A stretch of 63,154 nucleotides of DNA, the filler included, from Basidioascus undulatus (lineage: Eukaryota), in NCBI GenBank assembly GCA_000826855.1. It is 3 parts of 3 records of this genome, joined end to end, with 100 filler letters (N's around TTAATTAATTAA, not from the genome) between each part and the next. Parts side by side here need not be neighbours in the genome. Positions count along the whole stretch, not along the records: positions 21,107 to 42,080 come from JTLS01000348.1; 2 more parts are not named here. One strand, given 5' to 3'. Within the stretch, counting starts at the first letter, position 1; each line of letters starts with the position of its first letter. A program made the position numbers and the translations under genes. This document shows, in pieces, positions 25,152-38,071 of this stretch. The notes beneath the pieces are model-generated. The model was not told the DNA's origin, did not search any database, and saw nothing but the letters and a program-made list of their open reading frames with translations.

Positions 25152-28100
25152 ATGGGCGTCCAACTCGGCTCCGTCCTCCTCGGCCTCGGGGCGCTCCGCA
25201 TCGGCGGGCGCGCTGGCTTTGAGCAGCTTGGGTCGTATGGGTGGGGGGTTTGGGGATGTCTCATTATGGTCATCCTTGTCATCCTCGGTGAGCTTGCTGT
25301 TTCCTGCGGTTGTCACGTCAAATGGGCGAAGAGGGCGTGTGAGGCGAGCTGGGAGGCGAGCTGGGAGGCACCGGAGGGCTGCTGGCCGCGTGCGGGCTGC
25401 AGAGCGAGCGTCTTCCCACCTTGTTGCAGAGCCTATTCAAGTGGCGTTTGTCACTAGCAAGGCGTGCATTCAAATGAGCTGTTCAAATTCGAGTCCTCTT
25501 CGACCTCCGGACTCACTTGATCGGTGGCTTGCGCTCGGACGCTATCTATCGCTGACACCCTTCTCTCACCGTTACAGCCCACTTTACGAACCCTACAGAG
25601 GGCTCTTTCCGCGCGTACCTCACCGAGCTCTCTTTTCGAAACCATCTACTACGGCTCCACTCTTCTCTATCACCGGAACCATCACCCAATGGTACTGCAA
25701 CACCCGACATACCCCTCGCTCACACCTCCAATCCACCAACTCCACCCGCGCACATCAACTTTCCTCTCCACGCCGCTCACAAGCTCTCGGTCACCCTCCG
25801 CACCCCAGCCTATCTATTCCGCTCCTTCGCCCTCTTCTCCGTCGTCGTCGTCTCGCCGAACGCCTCCGGCCCGACCGCCAAGTACGAGGCCAGCGACGTC
25901 GTTGCCGAGATGGCCGGCGCATGGTACATCGGCGCTTTTGGGCGGTGGTGGTTCTGCGGCGAGTTGCCGGAACTCGATGCGCGGGGTCGGAAGATCTTCC
26001 GGGAAGAGAAGATGCGGGCCGGCCTGAAGAAGGTGCGGCTCGTGGAGGACAGCGACGACGACGCGTTCCTGGACCGTGAGTTTCACTCTCGCGTACCGAT
26101 TCTCCCCAACATCTTGCTCACACGTCCGCCTCGGCAGTGAAAGGTGCATCGGCGTCCTACGAGCCTCCGCCGAACGCGACCCCGCCCAAGCCTACCTTCT
26201 CTCCGCCGTCTCGGCGAAGGAGGGATCGGCACAAGGGCCGGCGAAGCTCGGGGCCCGACCTGGAGCAGGGCCGTTCACGTTCTCCGTCGCCGAATCCTGC
26301 CAACCGCATACGCCGTCAGGTCGCGCCACTGCCGGAGCGCGCTCGCCCGCCAGCAGCCAGTCCCGAACCGCTGTCCCTTCCGCCGCCTGCCGCTTCTTCA
26401 GAACTACCTCATTCTCCTCCAACACCCCCACCTACCGAAGATCCTGCACAGTCTCCCGCCGTCCTCGATATCCTCGCCCGCATATCCGCTTCGGAAGCCC
26501 AAGTCGCCGAGCTCCACGCCCAGATCGCTCAGTCCCACACCTTTGCAACCGCGTCGCACGCGCAGCTGCAGTCCGCGCTCGAAGACCTCCGCGCTAAGAA
26601 GAGGGAGGAGGACGCGTTCCGCTCTGACCTGAAGAACCGGACGAAGTCGCTCGAGGAGTCGAAGCGCCAGGCCGAGGCGACGAAGCGCGACGCCGAACGC
26701 AAGCTGCAGGCTGCGGTCAAGGCCCGCGACGCCGTTCTCGCGCGGATGAGCAGCATGGCGCAGGAGATGGAGGAGCTGCGGCAGTGCATCGCCGACAACG
26801 CTGCGGCGGTGTCGGCGAGCGAGGAGGAGGTGCGGACGAGGTCGGACGAGATCGACGCAGAGATCGCGCACAAGAAGGAGGAGATCCGCGTAGCCGAGGA
26901 CGTCGTCGCGGCGCTCGGCGTTCGCGTGCGCGAGTATGAGGACCTGGTCGCGGAGGAGAAGGTCAAGCTCGAGCGGGCACGCGGGGAGCGCGACGCTCGC
27001 CGGCGCGAACTCGACGCCGCCGGCTGGAACCCTTACTCCATCGCCCACGGTCCCGCTACCGCTACCTCCGACCATTCGTCGCCGCCCTCGTACGGCCACT
27101 CGCCCTGGGATTACTCTTCTCCGGTCCACAACACGCTCTCGATGCTCCAACGGCGCCGCGCAGGCACAGGTAACCCCAGCTCGCCAACCGACGAAGCCCA
27201 CGACGTCGGCTCCGGTTTCGCCTCGCCCACCATGTCTGACGCCTCCATCTCGACCTACCGCCCGTTCCTGCCGCACCGCGACTCGTACTCCGACTTCGGC
27301 CCCGCTCCGCACGCTTCCGTCGCGGCGGCGCCGCAGACACCTCCCCCCGGCTCCCACGGCATCTACGACACGGCTTCGATCGTCGAGCACACGAACAACC
27401 ACGGCATCGCGTTCCCCCACCTCGCGCGGGCGGTTGACGGCGACGTCAGCCTGTATAACTCGAACCTCAGCTTCTCGCCGCCTCGCACGCCCTCGCTCGA
27501 GGGCGGGAACAGCCTTCTTTCGCCGCTCTCGACCAGCCTGCTGCCGAGCAATCTTTTCCGCCAGCTCGAGGGCGACGCGAGTCCCGACGCTTTTGGCGCG
27601 CCTGACGACGAGGTCCTCAGCACCGCGATCAGCGAGTTCGGCCTCGCGAGCGTGTCCGGCTCGGATGCGAGCGCGAGCGAGTCCGAGTCCGAAGCGGTCG
27701 TGACGGCAGCCGGTCTGTCCGAACGGCGCGGTCGCAAGCTCGCTGGTCTACTCTTCCCGCAACAGAACGGTCACACCTCTACGTCCAAGCCGCCCTCGCC
27801 CCCGCGCCCGCCTGGTCTGGACGAGAAGCCCGAGTCGCCGCACATCGTGATCTCCCGGCCGACGTCGCCCGCCGCCGCCGCTGCGAACGCGACCCACGTC
27901 TCCTTCGCGCCGTTCACGGAGGAGGATGGTGACGCCGCGGAGGTGCTCGACGACCGCGAGGACGATGACGACGCGACGCCGCTATACGAAGGTCCCGCCC
28001 AGCTCTACCGCACCGTCTCCGATCCGGTCTCGACCAAGTCTGCCGAGTCCTCGGACAACGGCAGCGCGAAGGGCCCGCGCCGCTGGTTCACCAAGGCATC

Positions 28101-28698
28101 GACGACGCCGGCCGCGCCATCCCTAAACCCGGACGCCAAGGTCTTCAGCTTCTCCCGGCCGCTGGTGTCGAGCGGGCGCTCCGGCTGGGGCAGCCGCAGC
28201 CAGTCGAGCGACCCGGCCGGCTTCCGAGGCGGCACGGCAAGCGCAGGCTTCCCCTCGCCCGAGCTCGGCGCAGGCCCGTCCAGCTCGAGCGGCTCCTTCT
28301 TCTCGTCCCTCCGCGCGTTCGCTCCGTCGGCCGCTGAGCGCGAGCAGCTGAAGCGCGCGATGGCGAACTCGAAGTCTGTTGACGGCTTCGGCACGCCAAG
28401 TCCTTGGGGAGCCGAGGACCGGCACTCGCCGCAGCCGGGCGCCTCTCGCGGCGGCGGATTCTCGATCTCGCCGTTCGCGTCGCCTTCGCAGTCGGCGCAG
28501 TCGTCCATGGTCGACCTCGCGCACGCCTGGGCGCAGGAGCCCGACATCGCCGCGGTCGCCACCGCTCCCTCGCCGGCGCGGCGCGGGTTCAGCAAGTTCT
28601 TTGCGCGCAAGCCGAGCAAGGCGAAGGTAGCCGAGGCCGCGGAGTCCGAGGCGAAGACGGAGGCGGGCATGGTTGCTGTTGATGCGGGAAAGGCATGA
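25152..28698 (+). CDS. Basidiomycete protein with N-terminal hydrophobic/TM segments, long coiled coil, disordered C-terminus and PAM2-like motif
   Basis: MGVQLGSVLLGLGAL...WGVWGCLIMVILVILG (TM), spliced via EMAGAWYIGAFGRWWFCGELP into an ~850-aa last exon. That exon has a heptad region (SHAQLQSALEDLRAKKREEDAFRSDLKNRTKSLEESKRQAEATKRDAERKLQAA) and SLNPDAKVFSF. The 5' exon structure is tentative. Confidence 0.75.
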
Positions 28699-30462
28699 TG
28701 GTCTGCTCGTAGTTCGCGCGTTGTTCTTTGGTTTTTCTTTGTGTTGCTGCTGCTTCGGGGTTGTATCGGACGCGCGCCAGATCGCTCAGTAGCTCGCGGA
28801 ATCTCGGAACGCTTTTGCATTGCCTTGACTTCTTCGTGTGCCCAAGCCGTCTGCTGTGTGTCACCTGTCAAACGCAGGTACGCCCTCGCTTCGAAAATGG
28901 AGCCCGATCTCTCCTTCACCCTGGTGTGATTGCTTTGCAACACGAGCAACACTGCAGGAGCACACGAGGCAACCCGAGGGTGCAGGAGTCACTGGAAGAC
29001 ACCCCCGCACACACACACACGCCACGGCTCCACTGGAGCAGTGCCTGGCATTTTCAGGACAGGATGAAAAAAAATCAGAGACGATTAATTGTAATGTAAC
29101 CAAGATGCGATTCTTCGAAGAGGTGGAGAGGCGTGTAAGCAAGGCAAGTGCGCAGGTTCATTTTCCCAAAGCGCTGATGCCGTTTCGGTTGGCCTCGAAA
29201 CAACGGCAGGAGGTCAACACGACAAGCAATAGAAGCTTCTCTGACATGACTCTTGGCGGGAAGCGCCTTGCCTTGGGCATGCAACTCTCTGTGTAAGCTG
29301 AAACCAGTGACCGCGAGCGTGCCAAGGTCACCGGCTGCCGAACGATCAGAATCGCCTGACAACCCTTCGGGGAGGCCGCCATCTCTAGGGCAGTAAAAAC
29401 GTACTGATAGGCAGGAAACCCCACTGATATGAAGACAATCCCCGGTTGGGTGTCGGCACCTAGCACAAACAGAGATGGCAAAGATATACCGGGAGTCGTC
29501 AGCGATACACCATATCACTGCAGTCTCCGCTTCAGTCCTACAGCAGGAATTTTCTCAAGATTTTTATACCTGCATGTCCCATGAACAGGTGTGATCCAAC
29601 TTCACAACCATCGGTACATCGCCAGTGGTTAGTCATATCATAAGGCAGATTGCTTGAATGCGTTGTATTGGCGTTCTCCTTTGATCCGGCCCAGTAACAC
29701 CTCAACTGCCGCTCGAAATATGTAAGGATAGTCAGGTCATCGGTTCCAATATAGAAAGTAAAGGCCGGCACTCGAATCTCGTTGCCTGTCAAAACAAGGT
29801 GAAGACATGGGAGGACGATGCAGCGCCGCGCCCATTGCACAGCTGCACAATGGCGCTGAATCCTCACACCTCTAATCAGTACTTCAAGTAGGTGCTTTAA
29901 CCGTAAACAGCTTATACACCGTCGCTTGAGATGAGCAGAGTCTCGATGCAGCTGGATTCGAATGGTTATGCAAGCAGTGAAGAGCTGCTTCCCCGCATGC
30001 GGATAAAGCGCTTCCGCGGACACTGATCTCCCAACTCTGGCTTTGTCCAAGCGTTTGTATCAAAACCGAAACTTTATGTAGATTCGGGACGCCCGAGGCG
30101 CAGCAGTCAAAGATTAAGAAGCAGGCGCCGGGGGCGTGCCGGGAAATTCTGTGCGGAGTGAGATCAGGATACGGGAGGGGGTGAGCTGGTAAGGCTTGAC
30201 CAGAAGGATAAGAAATGGGGAATCTGACCGGAGATGATGAATCCGATATATCGGGCTTGAGACCGAGGCTGACAATGTTCACCTCTGCCTGACGTACACG
30301 TCGTGGTACAGTCTCAAAACGGAAAACGCCCAGTGCAAGTTCTGCTTGGTGCTATGCAGTTCCCTCAGGCTTCAAGTACTTAAAGCAAAGATCTGGATGC
30401 ATGGGAGAGAATGAAGGCATGCTCCAAACACTATATTAAGAAAATATCATTGCAACATCAAT

Positions 30463-30536
30463 GGGCATATGGTGTAGTGGCTTATCACGCCTTCTTAGCA
30501 TGGAGGAGGTCTCCGGTTCAATTCCGGATATGTCCA
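30463..30536 (+). tRNA. tRNA-Ala (anticodon AGC)
   Basis: Acceptor stem GGGCATA/TATGTCC with the G3.U70 Ala determinant, anticodon arm CCTTC-TTAGCAT-GGAGG, T-arm TCCGG-TTCAATT-CCGGA, discriminator A, followed by a T-run Pol III terminator and preceded by an AT-rich/TATA-like stretch. Confidence 0.96.
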
Positions 30537-32741
30537 TTTTTTGTGTTTTTTCCATTTAAGACGCGAGCTAGAGCACATCTCGATATCTTTTAATGATTAT
30601 GACGGGGCCGCTTGGAGCCGCACCATGTTGCAGTGGTGGAGAGGTGAAACTTGGTGAAACTGTCAGCCGCGAGTACGCACATCAGTCCGCCAGTCGGTGG
30701 GTGGGCGTGGTCATCGTACATGGTCTTGTGTATTTATAAGTTTAATGGCTTGTGACGATTTGCTCGCGAACGCAGATGTTCCAAAGCGACGCCTTGATTA
30801 CGGACATGGACCGACATTCACCTGCACGCAACGGCGCGTGATTGCACGCTTGCTTTCGCATACCCTCTTCCGGATCTACAGCCGTAGGTACCTAACTTTG
30901 TCAAGGTTTATTAAAATATATGTGGATGCTGACATATATTTACTTCATCAGAAGACATTGAACATCTGAGCGCGACGATCGCAGCCTCCAGACTTACTGT
31001 GATCGCATGGCGGCGTTTGCTGTTCTCCCCACTTGAACTGTGACATGAAAACGACCCAAACTTGTCTTAACTATTCTGTATGCTTTCCTTAATTCTCAGT
31101 CCCAGCTCAGCGATTGGCACATTCCAGTCCTCCAGCACCCGCATCGGCATCCTCACCCACCACTCGCTGGCCTTCACCACTCTTCTTCTCACACGCAAAC
31201 ACATCCTCACCCACTCCATAACTCAATATCCCCCGAGCACTCGCTCCACGAAGACCCTCCTGACCTCCGTGCCGCCGCGCACTACCCTCTCCTCAGATCA
31301 CCTTGCCCGGAGGTCCGCCTGCACGCAAGCCGCCTCGAGAAGCTCTGCGGATCGCGCAAGAGTTCTTAGGATCTGGGACCCCCCCCCCTTTTTTTTTTCT
31401 TTTGGGCCCCACCCTCCGGATGGCACGTGCGGGTAGTCCGACTGTTCCCTCCTCCGTACTCCACGTAGTGCCTCGCATCTCCTTCGCTCTTGTCGCCTCA
31501 TATCCGTAGTTCTCGGCACACGTACCTGGCACGCTCTACGGAGCCGCAGGCTATCATCCGCTCTCCCGAAGGCACGTCTGACTACTTCGCTCAATCGAAT
31601 CTCAAGGAGTCCTGCAGGACTTTCTCTGGCTGCGTTCTCCACCGTGCTGTTCAAGCTTTCCTCGCCCCGCGCACCGGTATCTGACATGTCCCCGGGTTCC
31701 ATAGACTATTTCACTCCGAAAACGCAACACTCCGTACGTTCACTAAGCTGAGGCCTAGCTATAGTGGAGCGCTAACTGGAGCTCCGCTCGCAAGCAGGGC
31801 GTCCTGCACGGCTCGCAGCGATCGCCGATTCTCCCACATTCCCTGCACAGTTTTGTCAAAACGAAGATCCTGGTCAATGCACCTCTGGAATAAAGCTAGA
31901 GTCATTCTAGGCGAAAGAATAACCTTAACAATATTAATCTGCGTTCCCACAACGCTGCCGCAACCTCTCATGGACCTACTGCCATGCGTCCACATTCCAC
32001 CGCTTCCTGCGTTTCTCGTGTTTCCTCCTTGACGAGGAGGCGGGGCTACGACAACCGCCGCTGGGACCGCAAGGGCTGCGGGAAGTGACTGTGGTTGACT
32101 GCCGCCGCCGCCACTGCTTTCTTCCTCAATCTTTCAATCTCGGTGTGGGCAAGCACCTCATGGTCGCCCGGTATCCAAATTTCTCAAGGCTTCGCCCCTG
32201 TCCTAACTGCGGTAGGCGCGCGACGCTTCGACTAGATCTGGGAGTGCTTTGCCTGCCTGCCAATGTCACCAGCAAGGTTGTAGTCTTGTCCTCGTCGTCT
32301 TCATCGGCCGCGCCCCACGGTGTTTGGGAAGAATCGTCAAGGTGTTGTTCCCGAAGAAGGACTGGTCACGCCTTCGGGATTGGGCAGCGAGGGACTTAGT
32401 GCGAGCAACCATCGACTCAAACGAACGCGCCGCCGCACGTTGTAAAGATGCGTTCGGTTATCGGTACGTAGCAAGGGGGCAACCAACGAAATTATGATTC
32501 GGTTCTGAGTTCGATGCCCTTCGATGCCCTCGACTTCTCTCTCTCAAGGACGTCCACGCTTTCAATCCCCCGCCCCCCCCACTCCCTTAGACGCATTCAG
32601 AAGCCACGAGCATCCAGCACGCACAAGCGAGACTCGTTCAGTCTACAGAAACAATGATTTGAATCAAAGAAGGAAAAGTCATGCGCCCTGGTCGTACATC
32701 GTCCTCAAGCATCCCCCGCAACCCCTCAGACAATCAACACC

Positions 32742-35130
32742 TTAAGCAATGTAGGTGGACGCGGAGACGTTGCCGCCCCGACCGGTCCAGCTGGAGGAGG
32801 AAGGAGGGTGGGAAGGTCAGTATCCGTGTGGGTGTTGTGGGGGACATAGGAGGAGGCAGAGGAGGAAGGGAAGAGAAGGGAGGGAGAAAGGAGAAGGGAA
32901 AGCAGGGAGGAAGAACGCACTTGACGTGAATGTCCTTGCCCTCCTCGAAGCCCTCCTTCTCCTTGCCGGGGAGGACGCGGAAGGTGTGGGCGCCGAAGAA
33001 GTCGCGCTGGGCCTGGGTGAGGGACGCGCTGGGGAGGAGCTCGGAGCGGTACGAGTCGAGGAAGGAGAGCGCAGACGCGAGCGCGGGGACGGGGATCCCC
33101 CAGAGCGTCGCCTGCGCGACAACGCGGCGCCAGCCCGCCTGCGCGTTCGCGATCGCGTTCACGAAGAACTCGTCGAAGAGGAGCGACTGCAGCGCCGGGT
33201 CGCGCTGGTACGCCTTGGTGATGTCTCCGAGGAAGACGGACTGCGGGGAGGGGGGCGCGAGTAAGTCTCCTTGAAGTATGGATGTTGGGAGAGGGGGTCA
33301 ACAACGCACCTTGATGATGCAACCGCCGCGCCACATCTTGGCGATGCCGGCGTAGTTGAGGTTCCAGCCGTACTCCTTGGCGGCCTCACGGAAGAGGAGG
33401 AAGCCCTGGGCGTAGGAGCTGGGAGGAGAGGAAGCGATGAGGGTCAGCTAATGCTCTTCCCGCAAGTCACGAGGAGCAGATCACGACGTACATGATCTTG
33501 GCGCCGTAGAGGGCCTGCTCGAGGTCAGCGATGAACTGCTCCTTGTCGCCCTTGAACTCCTCGCGGCCGGGGCCGGCGAGCTTCTTGGACGCGGTGCCGC
33601 GCTCAGCCTTGAAGGACGAGACGCAGCGGGAGAAGACGGCCTCAGCGATGAGGGTGACGGGGGTGCCGAGCTGTGCGTTAAATGGAGCCTGTCAGACGTG
33701 TGCTGGTGCACGGGGGAAGAGGAAGACGCACGTCGAGCGCGTTGACGGCGGTCCACTTGCCAGTGCCCTTCTGGCCGGCGGAGTCGAGGATGGAGAGGAT
33801 GGTGGCCTCGTTGCCGGTCTTGTGGCGGAGGATCTGGGCGGTGATGTCGGTCAGGAAGGAGTCGAGAACGCCCTTGTTGTCTGTGGGCCACCGTGGACTT
33901 CGTCAGCTTCAGTTGTGCTGTAGCTCGAAGGCGGAGACGGGGTGATACGCACACTTGTCGAAGACGTCGGCGATCTGGTCCTCCTGGTAGCCGAGGCCGC
34001 GCTTGAGGATGTCGTACGCCTCACCCAGGACGGCCATGTCACCGTACTCGATACCGTTGCTTCAAGTGGAAAAGAGCTGTTAGCAGAAGAGCCTTGAGAT
34101 ATCGCTGTGAGACGCGACGCACTGGACCATCTTGACGTAGTGGCCGGCACCGCCCTCGCCGACCCAGTCGCAGCAGGGCTCGCCCTCGACCTGAGCGGCG
34201 GCCTTCTGGAAGATCTCCTTGATGAAGGGCCACGCCGCCGGGGAGCCACCGGGCATGATGGATGGGCCGTATCGGGCGCCCTCCTCGCCGCCGGAGACGC
34301 CGGTGCCGACGAAGAGGAGGCCCTTGGCCTCGAGCTCCTTGGTGCGGCGGATCGAGTCCGGGTAGTGGCTGTTGCCGCCGTCGATGACGATGTCGCCCTT
34401 CTCAAGGTGCGGCTCGAGCTGCGCGATAAAGTCGTCGACAGCCTTGCCCGCCTTCACGAGGAGGATGATCTTGCGCGGGCTCTTGAGCTGCGAGACGAAC
34501 TCCTTGACGGAGTGCGCGCCGACGATCGACTTGCCTGTGGGTGGGCGAGCGGCCTGTTTAGTAACCCGGGATTTCTTCCTGAGCCTTTGCGGACACTGGG
34601 GACGCACCCTTGGCCTCGTTCTCGAGGAAGCGGTCGACCTTCTCAGTCGTGCGGTTGTACGCAGCAACAGTGAAGCCCTGTCCGCCGCATGTGACGTCAA
34701 CTGCCAGCCCCCAAAGCGATCTCACGAGTGCCAGCTCACCTTGTCGGCCTAACGAACCAGGCGAGGACAAGAAAGCGTCAGACACCTCCGGGAACCTTTC
34801 AAATAGCTGGTGCTGTGGGTGCGCGCACCATGTTGAGGATGAGGTTCTCTGTGAGTGGACGGGAAGTCAGCGTGAGAAGACGCGGAGGACGACGATCGAG
34901 GCCGTGGACGTACGGCCCATGACCGCGAGGCCAATGAGACCGATGTCGGCGCTGCATTGTGTGCGGATGATAGTCGCATACAGTGGACAGATCGCGGAGG
35001 ACGAGGGGAGGAAGACGGGTCGAAGGGGGAATGGGAAGTAGCAAGACATTTGTCAGCGCCCCAATGACATTCTACCGCCCGCTCTCGCGCGCTCAACAAC
35101 AACGAAGGCGACATACACAGCAGAAGACAT
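32742..35130 (-). CDS. GND1: 6-phosphogluconate dehydrogenase (decarboxylating), many exons
   Basis: [127 protein letters not shown]. Confidence 0.97.
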
Positions 35131-35836
35131 CTTTGTGTGGTTTGCGAGGGAGGCGAGGCGGGAGAGTGCGGACGTCGTGGCTGATGGGGAAGAGAAGGTG
35201 GTGCAAGGGCTAGGGGCAAGGCAAAGCGAGAGAGAAGAAGGGCCTGGAGCGGCGTGGACGGAGAGATGACATCGCCCCCAAGCGCAGCGGGCGTTGATCT
35301 CTGAACGATCAGCATCGATTCGGCTTCGCGGGCCGACGTGCATCTTTCGCTGGCTTTCATGGCACTTGCGTCCCATCGAAATTATTATCAGAAAAAAGAA
35401 AGGCATTTATATTGCGTAGCATGGAGGATCCTGCAGTTCACGGCACGCGAGACCGGCAGTCTGCTTTTGCGGAGCTCAGTCTTCCGTTCTCGCTCCCCAC
35501 CTCTCGTATTTCGTCCCCGCCGTCGATGACCCCAGGCCGAATTCGAACAACACGCACCATCACCTTCCTTTTTCAGCCTGTTACTGTCGCTCAAATCTGG
35601 ATAAGGTTCGTCCACACCAATCAAGCTGTACATACCTAGTCAGACCTGTATGGACGCCTTGGCCGCTCACGGCTGTCCGGTCCGCGGACCTGCATTCACC
35701 TTGTTCACATGCACACGCTGCCGTCGGCAGTGTGAAGCCCAGCGCTCCGTGCCTGGTCTTCCTCCTTCGAGCTCGCATGGTCCCCGCCACCCAGCAAACT
35801 TCAGCCAACCCAGCACCCGCGACCGCGACCGCACCG

Positions 35837-38022
35837 ATGTGCGGCATCCTCTTCCAGCTCAGTTCCCCCTCCCCCAGCACTCCCCACCCACCGCCGCACC
35901 CGTCCCTCCTCCCCCTCATCGCCCTCCGAGGCACATCCTCCCCCCTCTCCCCCTCGCCCCTTCCGGCTGACCGAGCTATGCTCGTCCAGGGCCAGACTAC
36001 CAAGGCTCGCATGCCATCGACCTCCCCAACGCGCATCTCGCGTTCCACGCGGCGGTGCTCCATCTGCGTGGAGACGCGCTGCAGAGCCAGCCGCTTGTGA
36101 GCGACGTGACGTGGGACGTGCTGCTGTATAATGGCGAGATCTGGGATGGGGTCGATGTGCGTGTGCCATGTGCATTGCTGTTTTCCGCCTCCCTCTTTGC
36201 TGTCAGTTTACACGAGTGGAAAAATGCGCGCATCAGATTAGCCTGCATGAGAACGACGGCAAAGTGCTGTTCGACCTCCTTCAGCGGGCTGAATCGCCTC
36301 TCGAGGTGCTCAGCCAGATCGAGGGGCCGTGAGCATCCTCCCTCTCCCCTCTACTCTCTTCCTTATTCCCACCCAACGTCCGAAACCTCACTATCTCTAT
36401 CTTCATCCAGATACGCTCTGATCTACTACCGCTCCTCCACCCGGACGCTCTACATCGCCCGCGACCCACTCGGCAGGCGCTCTCTCCTCCTCTCGACCCC
36501 CACGCCCTCCTCCCTCCTCCTTACGTCCGTGAGCTCCACTGCCGCACCACCGTGCAACGAGCTCGACGCAGGGGCGGTCTTCTTCCTCGAGCTCGACTCT
36601 TACACGCCCGTATGCCCCTCCCTCCTCTGTCCTCCTCTTCCTTCCTCCTTCCTCTTCTCCGCGACCATATGCTGACCTAGGAACGAAGGACTCCGACCCC
36701 CTCTCTCTCCTCCACGCCCACCCGCGCGACCTCCCCCAAACGCAGATCAACCGCGCATTTCCCCCACCAGACGTGCACACGCCAGACGCGGACCTCCCCG
36801 TCGAACAATTCACCGCGCACCTGCGCGAGAGCGTGCGGAAGCGCGTGCAGGACGTGCCGCGGCTGCATGGGTGGGCATCCAATCCCCCCCTCCCTACCTT
36901 CTCAGGCTGCCAAAGCACACTGAGCTGACGCGGAGGGTGGACAGCCAGCAACAAGGTTCCGCCCGAATAGCGATCCTCTTTTCCGGCGGGCTAGACTGTA
37001 CATTCCGTGGGCCCTCCCCTGCCCGTCCCCTTCCCTGCTCCCACTAACTCCCTCCCCCTCCGCAGTGGCGTACCTATCCCACCTCCACCTCCCCCCCTCC
37101 GAGCCAATCGACCTCCTGAACGTCTCCTTCTCGCGCACGGGGGTCACAGCGTCTTTCGACGTGCCGGACCGGCTGACGGCGCGGGATAGCGTGGAGGAGC
37201 TCCGCAGGGTGTGCGGAGGGAGGGAGTGGAGGTTGGTTGAGATTGATGTGGGGCTGGAGGTAAGTTGGAAGAGCAGGAGAGAGGAGGGAGGCTGATGCGA
37301 GGGGAGAGGCTGATGGGAGGGAGGGGGCAGGAGTACGAGCAAGAGAAGAGCAGGATAGTGGATCTTATGCACCCGAGCGGGACGGTGATGGACCTTGTGC
37401 GTTTTCCCGTAGCCTCCCCTCTCCCTGCCGAGCTGACAAACCACGCAGTCCCTCGCCGCACCGCTCTTCTTCGCTTCCCGAGGATGTGGGACAATCCAGA
37501 CGCCGGGGGGGGAGCGGCAGGCGTACACATCCCGCGCACGGGTGTTGTTGAGCGGGTTGGGGGCGGACGAGGCGCTGGGGGGGTATGGGCGGCATCGGCG
37601 CACGTTCGAGCGCGGAGGGTGGGAGGGGTTGATTGACGAGGTGCGTTCGTTCGTAACAGTCGTGACGAACTGCATCTGAATCGACATCTCCTCCGCCCTC
37701 ACAGATCCAGCTCGACCTCTCCCGCCTCCCCACGCGCAATCTCGGGCGAGACGACCGTGTCCTATTATCCTCCTCGCGCGAAGCGCGGTACCCGTTCCTG
37801 TCCCTCCCGTTCCTCGCGTTCCTCTCTTCGCTGCGGATCGAGCAGAAGATGGACTTGCGCCGGAAAGAGGGGGAGGGCGACAAGTTGTTGTTGCGCGAGG
37901 CAGCGCGCAGGGCGGGCTTGGAGGGCGCGGCGAGGAGGGTTAAAAGGGCGATGCAGTTTGGGACGCGGAGTTCGAGGATGGATGGGGGTGGGGGGAGGAG
38001 GAAGGGGCAGGAGACGCTTTAG
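35837..38022 (+). CDS. ASNSD1: Asparagine synthetase domain-containing protein (ASNSD1/YML096W-like)
   Basis: Ntn-type start MCGILF, VLHLRG...QPL, LLYNGEIW, ARDPLGRRSLL, IAILFSGGLDC, PIDLLNVSF, FDVPDR, VLLSGLGADEALGGYGRHR, RLPTRNLGRDDR, REARYPFL, KRAMQFGTRS. Confidence 0.9.
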
Positions 38023-38071
38023 TGTTCCGTAGTCAATTCGTGGTCCATGTGTCTATGGGATGTCCTCTAAG

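Noticed and set aside
25341..25369. 12-bp tandem duplication GAGGCGAGCTGG (similar short tandems at ~5392-5415 and ~32509-32528)
   Set aside because: Ordinary slippage duplications in intronic or low-constraint sequence.
31065..31360. Minus-strand frame interrupted by TGA codons, considered as possible readthrough or recoding
   Set aside because: No recognisable protein; bona fide genes in the window use TGA as stop; more likely decayed or non-coding sequence.
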